A stretch of 64,000 nucleotides of DNA from an uncultured Chloroflexia bacterium (GCA_963742075.1 CAVUKR010000012.1:7237-71236), one strand, 5' to 3'. Positions 27,161 through 37,698 are shown, counted from the stretch's first letter. Numbers and translations: made by a program. The notes: generated by a model from the sequence alone, not told the origin.

Positions 27161-28426
27161 ATGACCACCGAGCACATCACCGCGCGGATCAGCGCCTGGG
27201 AAGTCGCGCAGCGTCAGTTCGACCTCGCTGCCGATCGCCTCGGTCTGGACGACGGCATGCGCCGCGTCCTGCGCGAGCCGCGCCGCGAACTCACCGTCCA
27301 TTTCCCGGTCCACATGGACGACGGGTCCGTCCAGGTCTTCACCGGCTACCGGATCCAGCACAACCTCGGCCGCGGCCCGGCCAAGGGCGGGATCCGCTAC
27401 CACCAGGACGTCTCGCTCGACGAGGTCAAGGCCCTCGCGATGTGGATGACCTGGAAGTGCGCGGTCGTCGGCATCCCCTACGGCGGCGGCAAGGGCGGCG
27501 TCATCGTCGACCCGAAGCAGCTCAGCCAGAAGGAGCTCGAAGGCCTGACCCGCCGCTTCTTCACCGAGATCGAGGTCCTGGTCGGACCCGAGAAGGACAT
27601 CCCGGCCCCGGACGTCAATACCAACGCCCAGATCATGGCCTGGATGATGGACACCTATTCGATGCACGCGGGCTACACGGTCCCGGGCGTCGTCACGGGC
27701 AAGCCGATCAGTCTGGGCGGCTCCGAAGGACGGAACGAGGCGACCGCGCGCGGTTGCGTCTACACCATCGTCGAGGCGGCCCGCCACCTGGGGATGGACC
27801 TCCACAAGTCTCGCGTCGCGGTCCAGGGCTTCGGCAACGCCGGTTCGATCGCCGCCCGGCTCATCGCCGAAGAGGGCTCGACCGTCGTCGCCGTGTCGGA
27901 CTCGACCGGCGGGATCCACAACCCCGAAGGGCTCGATATCGCCCGCGTCATCGGCTGGAAGGCCGAGCACGGCACCGTCCAGGGCTTCCCCGGCGCGAAG
28001 GACATCAGCAACGCCGAGGTCCTCGAGGTCGATTGCGACATCCTGATCCCGGCCGCCCTCGAGAACCAGATCACGGACCACAACGCCAACCGGGTCAAGG
28101 CCCGGCTCATCGCCGAGGCCGCGAACGGCCCGACGACCCCCGACGCGGACGTGATCCTCGCCAAGAACGGCACGTTCATGATCCCGGACATCCTGTGCAA
28201 CGCCGGCGGCGTCACCGTCAGCTACTTCGAGTGGGTCCAGGACCTCAACCGCGACCACTGGACCGAGGCGGTCGTCAACGAGAAGCTCCGCATCATCATG
28301 GTCAAGGCGTTCAGCGAGACCCTCGCCATCGCCCTCCGCGAGAAGTGCGACATGCGGACCGCGGCGTACCTGCTGGCCGTCGAGCGCGTCGCCGACGCGA
28401 TGGCCATGCGCGGCCTCTACCCGTAA
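27161..28426 (+). CDS. gdhA: Glutamate dehydrogenase (Glu/Leu/Phe/Val dehydrogenase family)
   Basis: GPAKGGIRYH, MTWKCA, GGGKGG, DIPAPD, VTGKP, QGFGNAG, EAANGP, NAGGVTVSYFEW. Confidence 0.93.
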   Translation: MTTEHITARISAWEVAQRQFDLAADRLGLDDGMRRVLREPRRELTVHFPVHMDDGSVQVFTGYRIQHNLGRGPAKGGIRYHQDVSLDEVKALAMWMTWKCAVVGIPYGGGKGGVIVDPKQLSQKELEGLTRRFFTEIEVLVGPEKDIPAPDVNTNAQIMAWMMDTYSMHAGYTVPGVVTGKPISLGGSEGRNEATARGCVYTIVEAARHLGMDLHKSRVAVQGFGNAGSIAARLIAEEGSTVVAVSDSTGGIHNPEGLDIARVIGWKAEHGTVQGFPGAKDISNAEVLEVDCDILIPAALENQITDHNANRVKARLIAEAANGPTTPDADVILAKNGTFMIPDILCNAGGVTVSYFEWVQDLNRDHWTEAVVNEKLRIIMVKAFSETLAIALREKCDMRTAAYLLAVERVADAMAMRGLYP

Positions 28427-28451
28427 GCCCACCGACTGCCACGAGCCAACG

Positions 28452-28480
28452 GAACGCCCCGGTCACCGACCGGGGCGTTC
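28452..28480 (+). terminator. Hairpin after gdh
   Basis: gaacgccccggtc-acc-gaccggggcgttc, perfect 13-bp stem. Confidence 0.7.
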
Positions 28481-28521
28481 GACGTCCGACCACGATGAGG
28501 CCCGGTGCTACCATCGGCGCC

Positions 28522-29127
28522 ATGCTCGATCACGAAGAGAAGTTCCTGTTCAAGGAGGAGATCCTCCACCTCTCGAACGCGGTCGCCGAGCCCGGCGTCC
28601 TCGACAACGTGGAGGACCTGCTGACCGACGTCATCACCAGCCCGCGCTTCGATTCCGAGGTGTTCACCCTCGAGCGGAGTCTCCAGGTGATGCTGGGTCC
28701 GCGGGCCGGGACGACGCTGGTCGGGCTGCTGACCGTCGCGCCCGAGGTGTTCGACGAAGTGGCCGAGGTGCGTATCCCGTCCGAGGTCCACGAGCGCCTC
28801 GTCGCCTGGCGGGCCCGGTTCGGGCTCGCCATCGACAACGCGCTCAACTTCCTCAACAACCCGGACGGCATCCAGGGCCACAACTTCGCGACCCAGATCG
28901 CCCACGTCGAGGACCGGCGTGTCCTGCAAGGCCGGCTGACGCTTGTCCGCTACAACAATGAGCCGCAGTTCTTCGTGGCCGACGCGAGCGTCTTCCTGAG
29001 CCTGGTGGCGGACATCATGGAGCGACTGGGGCCGTATCTCGAGCCGGATGCGGTCGAGGCGGAGACGCTCGCCCGCCTGCGCGACGCGATCCAGCTGATC
29101 GAGCGCAAGACCGCCACTCGCCCCTGA
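28522..29127 (+). CDS. Hypothetical soluble protein (201 aa)
   Basis: Protein-like composition from MLDHEEKF; extended -10 (TGc-TACCAT) 7 nt upstream. Confidence 0.75.
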   Translation: MLDHEEKFLFKEEILHLSNAVAEPGVLDNVEDLLTDVITSPRFDSEVFTLERSLQVMLGPRAGTTLVGLLTVAPEVFDEVAEVRIPSEVHERLVAWRARFGLAIDNALNFLNNPDGIQGHNFATQIAHVEDRRVLQGRLTLVRYNNEPQFFVADASVFLSLVADIMERLGPYLEPDAVEAETLARLRDAIQLIERKTATRP

Positions 29128-29139
29128 CGGCGCGGGCCG

Positions 29140-30243
29140 ATGCGCCACGTCTATCTCGCCGCGACCGGGCAGAACCGGGGCAAGACCACGGTCAGCCTCG
29201 GCGTGCTCGACGGCTTCCAGCGGCGAGGCCTATCGACCGGCTTCCTGAAACCGGTGGGCCAGCGGACGATCATCGAGGACGGCGTCCCGGCCGACGAGGA
29301 TGCGGTCCTGATGAAACAGGTCTTCGGGCTGCCCGAGCCGCTCGGCCAGATGAGCCCGGTCCACATCCCGCGCGGGTTCACCCAGGCATACATCGAGGGC
29401 GGGGTCGTCGAGGACCTGCCGGCCCGGATCCTCGCCGCGCACGCCGCCTTCGCCGATCGTGACATCCTGCTCATCGAGGGGACGGGCCATGCCGGCGTCG
29501 GCGCCGTCATCGGGCTCTCCAACGCGGTCGTGGCCGGGTTGCTCGGCGCGCCCGCGGTCATCGTGTCGGAGGGTGGTGTCGGGCGTCCGATCGACGAGAT
29601 CGTGCTCAACGCCTCGCTCTTCGAACGCTATGGGGTGACGGTCGCCGGGGCCATCGTCAACAAGGTCGACCTCGACGCGAAGCCCGGGCTCGCCCGGACG
29701 CTCGAGCGCGGCCTGGCCCGCCACGGCATCCCGCTGCTGGGCGTCCTGCCCTACCGGCCCATCCTGTCGAACCCGACCCTCGCGATGGTCCTCGAGGGGC
29801 TCCACGGGGAGACGATCCATGCCGGCCCCGACCTCGACGAGGTGATCGGCGGGATCGCGATCGGGGCGATGGAGCCCGAGCACATGCTCGAGCGGATCGG
29901 TCTGCGCAGCCTGGTCATCGTGCCGGGCGACCGGACCGACGTGATCGCCGCCATCGTCGGCGCCCGCTCGGATTCGGCCGGCGACGGCGAGCGGGCGCTC
30001 GGGATCGTCCTCACCGGCGGCTACCGCCCAGCCCCGGCGGTGCTCGAGGCGATCCGCGCCGCCGACCTCTTCGCGATGCTGGTCCGCGAGGACACCTACC
30101 AGGTCGCGTCCGAGCTCCACGACCTCCTTGTCAAGACCCACCCGGCCGACGCCGGCAAGATCGCCGAGATCAAGGCGCTGCTGTGGGAATACCTGTTCAT
30201 CGACCGGGTCCTCGACGTGGCGCGCGAGGCCCGCTTCGACTGA
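29140..30243 (+). CDS. Stand-alone phosphotransacetylase N-terminal family protein (BioD-like P-loop plus DRTGG)
   Basis: ATGQNRGKTT, FLKPVG, LIEGTGH, IVNKV, IVPGDRTD, IVLTGG. Confidence 0.85.
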   Translation: MRHVYLAATGQNRGKTTVSLGVLDGFQRRGLSTGFLKPVGQRTIIEDGVPADEDAVLMKQVFGLPEPLGQMSPVHIPRGFTQAYIEGGVVEDLPARILAAHAAFADRDILLIEGTGHAGVGAVIGLSNAVVAGLLGAPAVIVSEGGVGRPIDEIVLNASLFERYGVTVAGAIVNKVDLDAKPGLARTLERGLARHGIPLLGVLPYRPILSNPTLAMVLEGLHGETIHAGPDLDEVIGGIAIGAMEPEHMLERIGLRSLVIVPGDRTDVIAAIVGARSDSAGDGERALGIVLTGGYRPAPAVLEAIRAADLFAMLVREDTYQVASELHDLLVKTHPADAGKIAEIKALLWEYLFIDRVLDVAREARFD

Positions 30244-30264
30244 CGCGCCCGCGCCCGGCCCGGG

Positions 30265-31116
30265 TCAGTAGGCCCGCGGCGGTTCCAGCGGCTCGTTGTC
30301 GATGAGGCGCGTCGTCCCGAAGCGGACGGCGAGCGAGAGCAGGGCCGGGCCGTCCACCCGGTCGAGCTCGGCGAGGGTCGTCCCATCGGCGACGGAGACG
30401 TAGTCGACCTCGGCCAGCGGCTCACCGGCGAACTCGGCGCGCATCAGGTCGCGCAGCGCGTCGGCGTCGCGTTCACCCGCCGCCCAGAGCGCGCGCGCCG
30501 CCAGGAGCGCCCGGTGCAGGACGGGGGCAGCGGCCCGCTCGGCGGGGGACAGGTGGACGTTGCGCGACGAGAGGGCCAGGCCGTCGGGCTCGCGAACGGT
30601 CGGGCAGGCGATGACCTCGGTCCCGATGGCGAGGTCACGCGCCATCCGGCGGATGACCATGACCTGCTGCGCATCCTTCTGCCCGAAGTAGGCGTGGTCG
30701 GCGCCGACCAGGTCGAACAGGATCGCGACCACGGTCGCGACGCCGTCGAAGTGCCCCGGCCGCGCCGCACCTTCGAGCGGCTGCGCGACCGCGCCGACGG
30801 TGACGGTCGTGTCGAACCCCGGCGGGTAGACCTCCGAGGCGTCCGGCGCGAAGACGATGTCGACCCCCTCGGACTCGCAGATCGCGAGGTCGCGCGCCTC
30901 GTTCCGCGGGTACTGCATGAAGTCGTCGGCGATGTTGAACTGGCGCGGATTGACGAAGATCGTGACGACCGTCGTGGAGTCCGCCGTCCGTGCACGCTCC
31001 ATGAGCGTCCGATGGCCGTCGTGGAGCCAGCCCATGGTCGGGACGAGCCCGACGGGGCGCGGTGCGTCGCGCAGGGCGTCCCGCAGGTCGGCGCGGGTCC
31101 GGAGGATCCGGGTCAA
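30265..31116 (-). CDS. panC: Pantoate--beta-alanine ligase
   Basis: VPTMGWLHDGH, IFVNPRQF, RPGHFDGV, FGQKDAQQ, REPDGLALSSRN, RLIDN. Confidence 0.95.
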   Translation of the reverse strand: MTRILRTRADLRDALRDAPRPVGLVPTMGWLHDGHRTLMERARTADSTTVVTIFVNPRQFNIADDFMQYPRNEARDLAICESEGVDIVFAPDASEVYPPGFDTTVTVGAVAQPLEGAARPGHFDGVATVVAILFDLVGADHAYFGQKDAQQVMVIRRMARDLAIGTEVIACPTVREPDGLALSSRNVHLSPAERAAAPVLHRALLAARALWAAGERDADALRDLMRAEFAGEPLAEVDYVSVADGTTLAELDRVDGPALLSLAVRFGTTRLIDNEPLEPPRAY

Positions 31117-31133
31117 GCGGGCCGGCGCGGCGC

Positions 31134-32048
31134 TCAGAGGTCGCGGTCGAGCGGGATGCCGCCGACCGGGATCGAGCCGGCCGGGCGGTCCGACGTGCCG
31201 CGGCCGAGGACATCGTCGAGGACCGCGTCGTCCATCCGGACGGTCTGCTCGGGGCCCGGGAACGTGCCCGCCGTGACGTCGGTGGCGTAGGCGCGCGCTG
31301 CCGCCAGGATCGTGCCACGGAGATCCGCGTATGGCCTGGCGTGCCTCGGGTGCCACGCGTCGAGGCCAAGCAGGTCGGTCACGACCTGGACCTGCCCGCT
31401 GCAGCCGGGGCCCGCCCCGATGCCGATCGTCGGGATCCGCAGCCGCTCGGTGATGGCGGCCGCGAGCTGCTCGGGCACGAGCTCGAGGACGATGGCGAAG
31501 GCACCCGCCTCCTGCACGGCCAGCGCGTCCTGCAGGAGCGCCCGACCCTGATCCCGGTTCTTGCCGAGGACGCGGACCTTGCCGGCGGCGTTCGCGGCCT
31601 GGGGCGTCCACCCGATGTGGCCCATGACGGGGATCCCGGCCTTGACGACGGCCTCGAGCGAACGCCCGCTGCGGACGCCTCCTTCGAGCTTGACAGCCTG
31701 CGCCCCGGCCTCCGCGAGGAAGCGGCCGGCGTTGGCGACGGCCGCTTCGGGTGTCGCATACGACAGGAACGGCATGTCGGCGACGACGAGGGCGTGCCGG
31801 GCGCCACGGGTCACGGCAGCCGTGTGGTGGAGCATGTCGGCCATCGTCACCGGGATCTCGTTCTCGTAGCCGAGCATCACCCGTCCGAGCGAGTCGCCGA
31901 CGAGGAGGATGGGGATCCCGGCCTCGTCGAGGAGCTTGGCCGTCGGATAGTCGTACGCGGTGAGCATCGCGATCCGCTCGCCGTCGGCGTACTGCTTGGC
32001 GATGTCGTTGACGGTCAGGCGGCGGATCGTCTCGCTGGTGGCGCTCAT
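31134..32048 (-). CDS. panB: 3-methyl-2-oxobutanoate hydroxymethyltransferase
   Basis: MLTAYD, LVGDSLG, ADMPF, VKLEGG, GHIGWTPQ, IGIGAG, GQVQV. Confidence 0.95.
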   Translation of the reverse strand: MSATSETIRRLTVNDIAKQYADGERIAMLTAYDYPTAKLLDEAGIPILLVGDSLGRVMLGYENEIPVTMADMLHHTAAVTRGARHALVVADMPFLSYATPEAAVANAGRFLAEAGAQAVKLEGGVRSGRSLEAVVKAGIPVMGHIGWTPQAANAAGKVRVLGKNRDQGRALLQDALAVQEAGAFAIVLELVPEQLAAAITERLRIPTIGIGAGPGCSGQVQVVTDLLGLDAWHPRHARPYADLRGTILAAARAYATDVTAGTFPGPEQTVRMDDAVLDDVLGRGTSDRPAGSIPVGGIPLDRDL

Positions 32049-33439
32049 GCTGGCTCCCGCTCCGGCTGGGTCGTCGCATCAGTCTGCGCGGCTGCGTCGC
32101 GCTCGTCCAGCAGGCGGGCGACCCGGTCGAGCAGCACGTCTGCCACGGCCCGCTTCGACTGCAGAGGCAGGTCTTCGCGCGAGCCGTCGACGGCGAAGAT
32201 CGAGACGCGGTTCGTGTCCGTGCCGAAGCCGGATCCGGCCTCGGTGACGTCGTTGGCCACGAGCAGGTCGATGCCCTTCGTCGCGAGCTTGTCGGCCGCT
32301 CGCTCGAACGAGCCGGTCTCGGCGGCGAACCCGACGAGGACCGGGGCCGGTCGGAGCGGTTTGCCGCTCGGGGCATCGTCGAGGTCGTTGCCGTGGACGA
32401 TCCGGGCGATCGCCGCGATCAGATCGGGCGTCGGCTCGAGCTCGAGGACCAGAGACTCCGCTCGCGGCAGCTTGGCCTCGGCGCGGACGGCCGGCCGGAA
32501 GTCGGCCACCGCGGCAGCCATCACGAGCGCGTCGAACCCGGCCGACCCATCGGGCGACCGGGTCGTCGCGCGCAGGGCAGCGTCGAGCTCGGCCGTGGCC
32601 CCGACCTCGACGATGGCCGCGCCGGGCGGCATCGGGACCTCGACGTTCGCCGCGATGACCGTGACCCGCGCCCCGCGGTCGAGCGCGGCCGCGGCGATCG
32701 CCGCGCCCATCTTCCCGGTCGAACGGTTCCCGATGTAGCGCACGGGATCGATCGCCTCGCGCGTCCCGCCTGCCGTCACCACGATGTGCCGGCCGGCCAG
32801 GTCCGCGTCGCGGGCCGGCGCGACGAGGGGCGGCCGGGCGGCGGGGTCCGGGACGCGGATCGGACGACCGGCGACCGCCGCCACGACCGCGTCGACGATC
32901 GCCGGAAGGTCGGCCAGCCGACCGACGCCGGACTGGCCCGACGCCAGTGACCCGCTGTCCGGCTCGACGATCGCGTACCCGAAATCGCGCAGGCGGGCGA
33001 CGTTGGCGACGGTCGCCGGATGGGTCCACATGTCGCCGTCCATGGCCGGGGCGACGACGACCGGTGCCGACGACGCGAGACATGTCGCGGTGACCACGTC
33101 GGCCGCCAGGCCGTTGGCCATGGCCCCGAGCCAGTGGGCGGTGGCGGGCGCAACGAGGATCGCATCGGCGGTGTCGCCGACCACGATGTGGCCGATCCGG
33201 CCGTCGTCCATCAGGTCGAGCAGCTCGGTCTCGACCGGGTGGCGTGACAGGGCGGCGAACGACAGCGGGCCGACGAACCGGGCGGCGGACGGGGTCAGCA
33301 TCACCGCCACGTCCGCGCCCTCTGCCCGCAGCAGCCGCAACAGCTCGACCGCCTTGTAGGCCGCGATCGACCCTGTGACACCGAGCCCGATCAGCCGCCC
33401 ACCGAGCCGTCCGGACGGGTCTGCCCGCGCACCCGTCAC
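32045..33439 (-). CDS. coaBC: Bifunctional PPC decarboxylase / PPC synthetase
   Basis: GVTGSIAAYKA, APATA, APAMD, TAGGTREAIDPVRYIGNRSTGKMG, AAVADF, GFAAET, VANDV. Confidence 0.95.
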   Translation of the reverse strand: MTGARADPSGRLGGRLIGLGVTGSIAAYKAVELLRLLRAEGADVAVMLTPSAARFVGPLSFAALSRHPVETELLDLMDDGRIGHIVVGDTADAILVAPATAHWLGAMANGLAADVVTATCLASSAPVVVAPAMDGDMWTHPATVANVARLRDFGYAIVEPDSGSLASGQSGVGRLADLPAIVDAVVAAVAGRPIRVPDPAARPPLVAPARDADLAGRHIVVTAGGTREAIDPVRYIGNRSTGKMGAAIAAAALDRGARVTVIAANVEVPMPPGAAIVEVGATAELDAALRATTRSPDGSAGFDALVMAAAVADFRPAVRAEAKLPRAESLVLELEPTPDLIAAIARIVHGNDLDDAPSGKPLRPAPVLVGFAAETGSFERAADKLATKGIDLLVANDVTEAGSGFGTDTNRVSIFAVDGSREDLPLQSKRAVADVLLDRVARLLDERDAAAQTDATTQPEREPA

Positions 33440-34248
33440 GCGAGGCCCAGTTCGAGTGGCTCGCCACCGCCGACCTCGGCGTGGAGGATGGCCAGCCCCT
33501 TGAGCGTGAGGTCCGGATCGATCGCGTCGATGCCGTCGAGCCCCTGCACCCACGGCGCCGCGGAGAGGCCCCCGGTCAGGATCGCGTGGACGCCCTCCGG
33601 ACGGATCCCGTTGGCATCGGCCAGCTCGCGCCGCATCCGCTCGAGCAGGCCGCCGGCGAGGGCCTGGTAGCCGAGGACGGTGCCGGCCTGGATGGCCGAG
33701 ACGGTGTCCCGCCCGATCGCACGGTCGGGGGCGCGCAGCTCGACCCGTGGCAGCTTGGCGGTCCGTGACGCCAGCGCCTCGAGCCCGAGCGCGAGGCCCG
33801 GGGCGATCGCCCCGCCGACGTACGCGCCGTCGCTCGCGATGCAGTCGAATGTCGTCGCGGTCCCGAAGTCGACGACGATCGCCGGCGTCCCATGGAGGCG
33901 TGCTGCCGCGAGGGCGTTGACGAGGCGGTCCGCTCCCACGTCATCGGGCCGGTCGACGCGGACCGCGAGGGGCACGGTCCCGACGCTCGCCACGAGCAGC
34001 GGGCAGGCGCGGCGCTCGGCGATCGACTCGACCGCCGCGGTCAGCGCGGGGACCACCGAGACGAGCGCGATGGCGTCGAGGTCCGCCGTCGCGATCCCGT
34101 CGAGCCGGAGGAGGCCGTCGAGGAGCAGCTCGACCTCGTCGGTCGTGGCACGCGGGTTCGTTGCCGCCCGACGCGTGGCCAGCATCGCGCCGGCACGGAA
34201 GAGCGCGGTCTTGAGGTTCGTGTTGCCGATGTCGATGGCCAGGAGCAT
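33436..34248 (-). CDS. coaX: Type III pantothenate kinase
   Basis: IDIGNTN, VGADR, VDFGTATTFD, GGAIAPG, TGG, LTLKGL. Confidence 0.95.
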   Translation of the reverse strand: MLLAIDIGNTNLKTALFRAGAMLATRRAATNPRATTDEVELLLDGLLRLDGIATADLDAIALVSVVPALTAAVESIAERRACPLLVASVGTVPLAVRVDRPDDVGADRLVNALAAARLHGTPAIVVDFGTATTFDCIASDGAYVGGAIAPGLALGLEALASRTAKLPRVELRAPDRAIGRDTVSAIQAGTVLGYQALAGGLLERMRRELADANGIRPEGVHAILTGGLSAAPWVQGLDGIDAIDPDLTLKGLAILHAEVGGGEPLELGLA

Positions 34249-34377
34249 GGCGACGATGATACGCGGCCGGCGTCACGCGACCGCGACCCGGTCCTGGCGA
34301 TTCGGGGTCGTCGCGCCCTCTGCCGTGCGGTACCATCGCGCCGTCCGTTCCTCTTCCGCCCACCGAGGAGACGCCGG

Positions 34378-34815
34378 GTGTCGAGCTCGCCCCCCGCCAA
34401 GTTCTTCATCAACCAGGGCGTCGTGACGAGCCGCACGGACATGCTCCACCTGCTCCGCCCGCTGCTCAAGCAGACGGTCACCTACCGCTACCTGCGCGGG
34501 CGGGAGGTCGTCGCCCACGGCACTGGCTGGATGGAGCGGATCGTCGTCGATGCCGACGACATCTCGACGTATTTCACGCCGCTGGCGATCACCCTCAACA
34601 TCGACTCGTTCGAGCACCTCGAGTTCGAGACACGCCCCGACCAGCTGCTGGTCTACACGCTCGTCCAGGGTGATGAGCGGGTGGTCGTGGAGTTCGCCCC
34701 GATCGGTCCCGGCGAGATCGGCGATTCGCCGTTCGCCCCGCATCAGCTGTCGTTCGACACCAGCGAGTTCGTCCAGATGGAGCTGCTCGGCCTCGACGCC
34801 CGCGAGGACGAGTAG
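34378..34815 (+). CDS. Hypothetical beta-rich protein (145 aa)
   Basis: GAGGAG RBS before GTG 34378; -10 TACCAT 34331-34336; protein-like composition. Confidence 0.75.
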   Translation: MSSSPPAKFFINQGVVTSRTDMLHLLRPLLKQTVTYRYLRGREVVAHGTGWMERIVVDADDISTYFTPLAITLNIDSFEHLEFETRPDQLLVYTLVQGDERVVVEFAPIGPGEIGDSPFAPHQLSFDTSEFVQMELLGLDAREDE

Positions 34816-34961
34816 CGACGATCCGGAGGGCTGGGCGGCGTCCCGGTCCCGGGGAAGAGCGCGGCCGGGCGGGGGACGGCCGCACAGGGGTCCACCGGCG
34901 CGGTCCGGGCCTGCGGTCGGGTCAGGCGCGTCCCAGCGGGCAGAGGGAGACAGGGATCCAG

Positions 34962-36353
34962 GTGAGCGCTGAAGCGCAGCCCAGCTCGGCACCGCCCCCC
35001 GGCGCGTCGACCGGAGGTTTGGCCGGCTTCTTCAAGTTCGAGGAGCGCGGCACCAACATCGGGACCGAGACGAGAGCCGGTCTGACGACCTTCTTCGTCA
35101 TGGTCTACATCATCTTCGTCAACGCCAACATCCTCGGTGCCGGGTTCAAGCTCGACCCGGCCGGTATCGCCGCGGTCTCCGCCGGGACCGCACTTATCGC
35201 CGGGATCATGACCATCGCGATGGCCCTGGTCGCGAACTACCCGCTCGCGCTGGCCGCCGGTCTCGGGATCAACGGCATCGTCGCCTTCTCACTGACGGCG
35301 CGCGGCCTGTCGCCGCAGGGCGCCATGGGCGTGATCGTGCTGGAAGGCATCGTCGTCACACTCCTCGTCGTCGTCGGTTTCCGGGAAGCCGTCATGGATG
35401 CCGTCCCGCTCGCGCTCAAGCGCGCGATCGGCGCCGGCATCGGCCTCTTCATCCTGTTCATCGGCTTCGTCGGCGGCGGCTTCATCGTCACGCCGGCGGG
35501 CGGCGTCCCTGTCGTCAGCCCATCGTTTCCGACTACCCCGGGGCAGTTCCTGTTCCTGGCCGGGCTCCTGTTCACGATCGTGCTGTGGGTCCTCAAGATC
35601 CGGGGCGCGCTGATCATCTCGATCGTGGTGATCACGATCGTCGCGCTGTTCATCGGGGTGGCGACCGTGCCGAGCACGTTCTCGGTCACCCCGAGCTTCG
35701 CCACGATCGGGCAATTCGACGTGACGAACGTGTTCACGGTGCTCGGGCCGGTAGCGGCCGCGTTGACGATCTTCGCGATCATGCTGACCGACTTCTTCGA
35801 CACGATGGGCACGGTGACAGGCGTGGCGTCCGAGGCCGGGCTCGCGAACGAGGACGGATCGGTGCCGGGCGTCGGCCGGATCCTGTTCGTGGACAGCATC
35901 GCGGCGATCGCCGGCGGCGTCGGCGGCGTCAGCTCGAACACGACCTACATCGAGAGCGCGGCCGGCGTGGCCGAGGGCGGTCGGACGGGCTTCAGCTCGA
36001 TCGTCGTCGGCGTGCTGTTCCTGTTCGCCATCTTCCTTTCGCCGCTGGCCGGGATCATCCCGACCCAGGCGACGTCGCCGGCCCTCGTGCTTGTCGGCTA
36101 CCTCATGTTCACGCAGGTCAAGGGCATCGACGTCAATGATCCCGAGGACGGGATCCCGGCCCTGCTGACGATGATCCTCATGCCGTTGACCTACGACATC
36201 ACGGTCGGGATCGGCGCCGGGTTCATCAGCTGGGTCGTGATCAAGATCGCCCGGGGCAAGGCTTCCGAGATCCACCCGCTGATGTGGATCGTCTCGGCGA
36301 TGTTCGTCGTGTACTTCCTGTCCGACTGGATCAACACGATGCTTCCGAAGTAG
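34962..36353 (+). CDS. NCS2/AzgA-type purine permease
   Basis: ETRAGLTTF, YIIFVN, AIGAGIGLF, DFFDTMGT, TTYIESAAG, GGRTG, MPLTYDI. Confidence 0.92.
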   Translation: MSAEAQPSSAPPPGASTGGLAGFFKFEERGTNIGTETRAGLTTFFVMVYIIFVNANILGAGFKLDPAGIAAVSAGTALIAGIMTIAMALVANYPLALAAGLGINGIVAFSLTARGLSPQGAMGVIVLEGIVVTLLVVVGFREAVMDAVPLALKRAIGAGIGLFILFIGFVGGGFIVTPAGGVPVVSPSFPTTPGQFLFLAGLLFTIVLWVLKIRGALIISIVVITIVALFIGVATVPSTFSVTPSFATIGQFDVTNVFTVLGPVAAALTIFAIMLTDFFDTMGTVTGVASEAGLANEDGSVPGVGRILFVDSIAAIAGGVGGVSSNTTYIESAAGVAEGGRTGFSSIVVGVLFLFAIFLSPLAGIIPTQATSPALVLVGYLMFTQVKGIDVNDPEDGIPALLTMILMPLTYDITVGIGAGFISWVVIKIARGKASEIHPLMWIVSAMFVVYFLSDWINTMLPK

Positions 36354-36370
36354 GCGTCGGCGATGGACCG

Positions 36371-36407
36371 CGACGGGCGCCCCATCCTCACGGCGGGGCG
36401 TCCGTCG
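36371..36407 (+). terminator. Hairpin after the permease gene
   Basis: cgacgggcgcccc ... ggggcgtccgtcg, 13-bp stem. Confidence 0.55.
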
Positions 36408-36428
36408 TAATCCGCTACCATCGGTCGG

Positions 36429-37698
36429 ATGTTCGAACGGACCGCGCTGCCAGCCGGACCCCGCGTGATCAGCGCCCGGCTTCCCGCGGCGCGCTCGGTC
36501 TCGATCGCCGCATACGTGCTGGCGGGTTCGCGGCTCGAGACGACCGGCCAAGTCGGCGTCGCCCATTTCATGGAGCACCTGACGTTCAAGGGCACGACCG
36601 CCTATCCCTCGACACGTGCGATCAGCGAGGCGATCGAAGGGGTCGGCGGCTCGTTCAACGCGGCAACGGACCGCGAATCGACCGTCTACTGGGTCCGTGT
36701 CCCGCGCCGTGAAGCCGAGCGAGCGATGGACGTCGTCGGCGAGCTGATCGTCCGGCCACGGCTCGAGCTGGCGGACATCGAGAGCGAGCGGACGGTCATC
36801 ATCGAGGAGATCCGCTCGTATCTCGATGACCCGTCCGAGTACTGCCAGATCCTGTTCCAGACCGCGATGTTCGGTGACGGCCCGCTCGGACGCGAGATCT
36901 GCGGGGAGGAGGCGGACATCCTGGCGCTCCCCGAGGCGGCCATCCATGACTTCTGGCGGAGTGTCTACCGGCCGGCGAACACGGTCGTCGCCGTCGTCGG
37001 CGACTTGGGGCACGACGAGGCGCTCGGCCTCGCCGGGACCGCGTTCGGCACCGGCAACGGACCCGTTCCGGGCTACGCTCCGGCGCCGGTCCTGCCCGCC
37101 GGTCCCCGCGTCCGGACCGGCAAGCGAGGCGACGAGCCAGGCGCAGGTCTGCCTCGGCGTTCCGGCCCTCCACCGTGACCATCCCGACAGCTGGACGCTG
37201 GCCGTCCTCAACGCGGTCCTCGGCGACGGGATGAGCAGCCGCCTGTTCCTGTCGGTCCGCGAAGAGCTCGGGCTCGCCTACGACGTCTCGTCCGGTCTCG
37301 TCGATTACGCCGACGCCGGTGCGCTGGAGGTCTCCGCCGGGGTCGACCCGGACGGGCTGCCGGCGGCCCTCGAGGCCATCCTCGTGGAGCTCGCCCGGCT
37401 GCGCGACGAGCTGGTCCCCGACGCCGAACTGGAGAAGGCCAAGCGCTACCTGGCCGGCGGCCTCGAGCTGCGGATGGACGATACCCGCCATGTCGCGTCC
37501 TGGATCGGTGGCCAGGAGGCGCTGCACGACCGCGTCCTGACCCTCGACGAGGCGCTGGCAGCGGTCGAGGCGGTCGATGCGCCGGCCGTCCAGCGGCTGG
37601 CGGCGCGGCTGTTCCGGGACGACGTGCTGCGGCTGTCGGCGGTCGCGCCCGCCCGGTACCTGCGCGGTCTCGACGCGCGCCTCCGGTTGCCCGCATGA
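36429..37698 (+). CDS. M16 (pitrilysin) family Zn peptidase (frameshift near 37130)
   Basis: AHFMEHLTFKG (HxxEH), NAATDRE, ERTVIIEE; second frame GDGMSSRLFLSVREELGLAY. Confidence 0.9.

Noticed and set aside
30265-34248. Absence of panD/panE from the CoA cluster
   Set aside because: These genes are often located elsewhere or replaced; cannot be judged from one window.
34816-34961. Purine riboswitch or G-quadruplex upstream of the NCS2 permease
   Set aside because: No purine-riboswitch consensus visible; G-runs are not clearly above background at this GC content.
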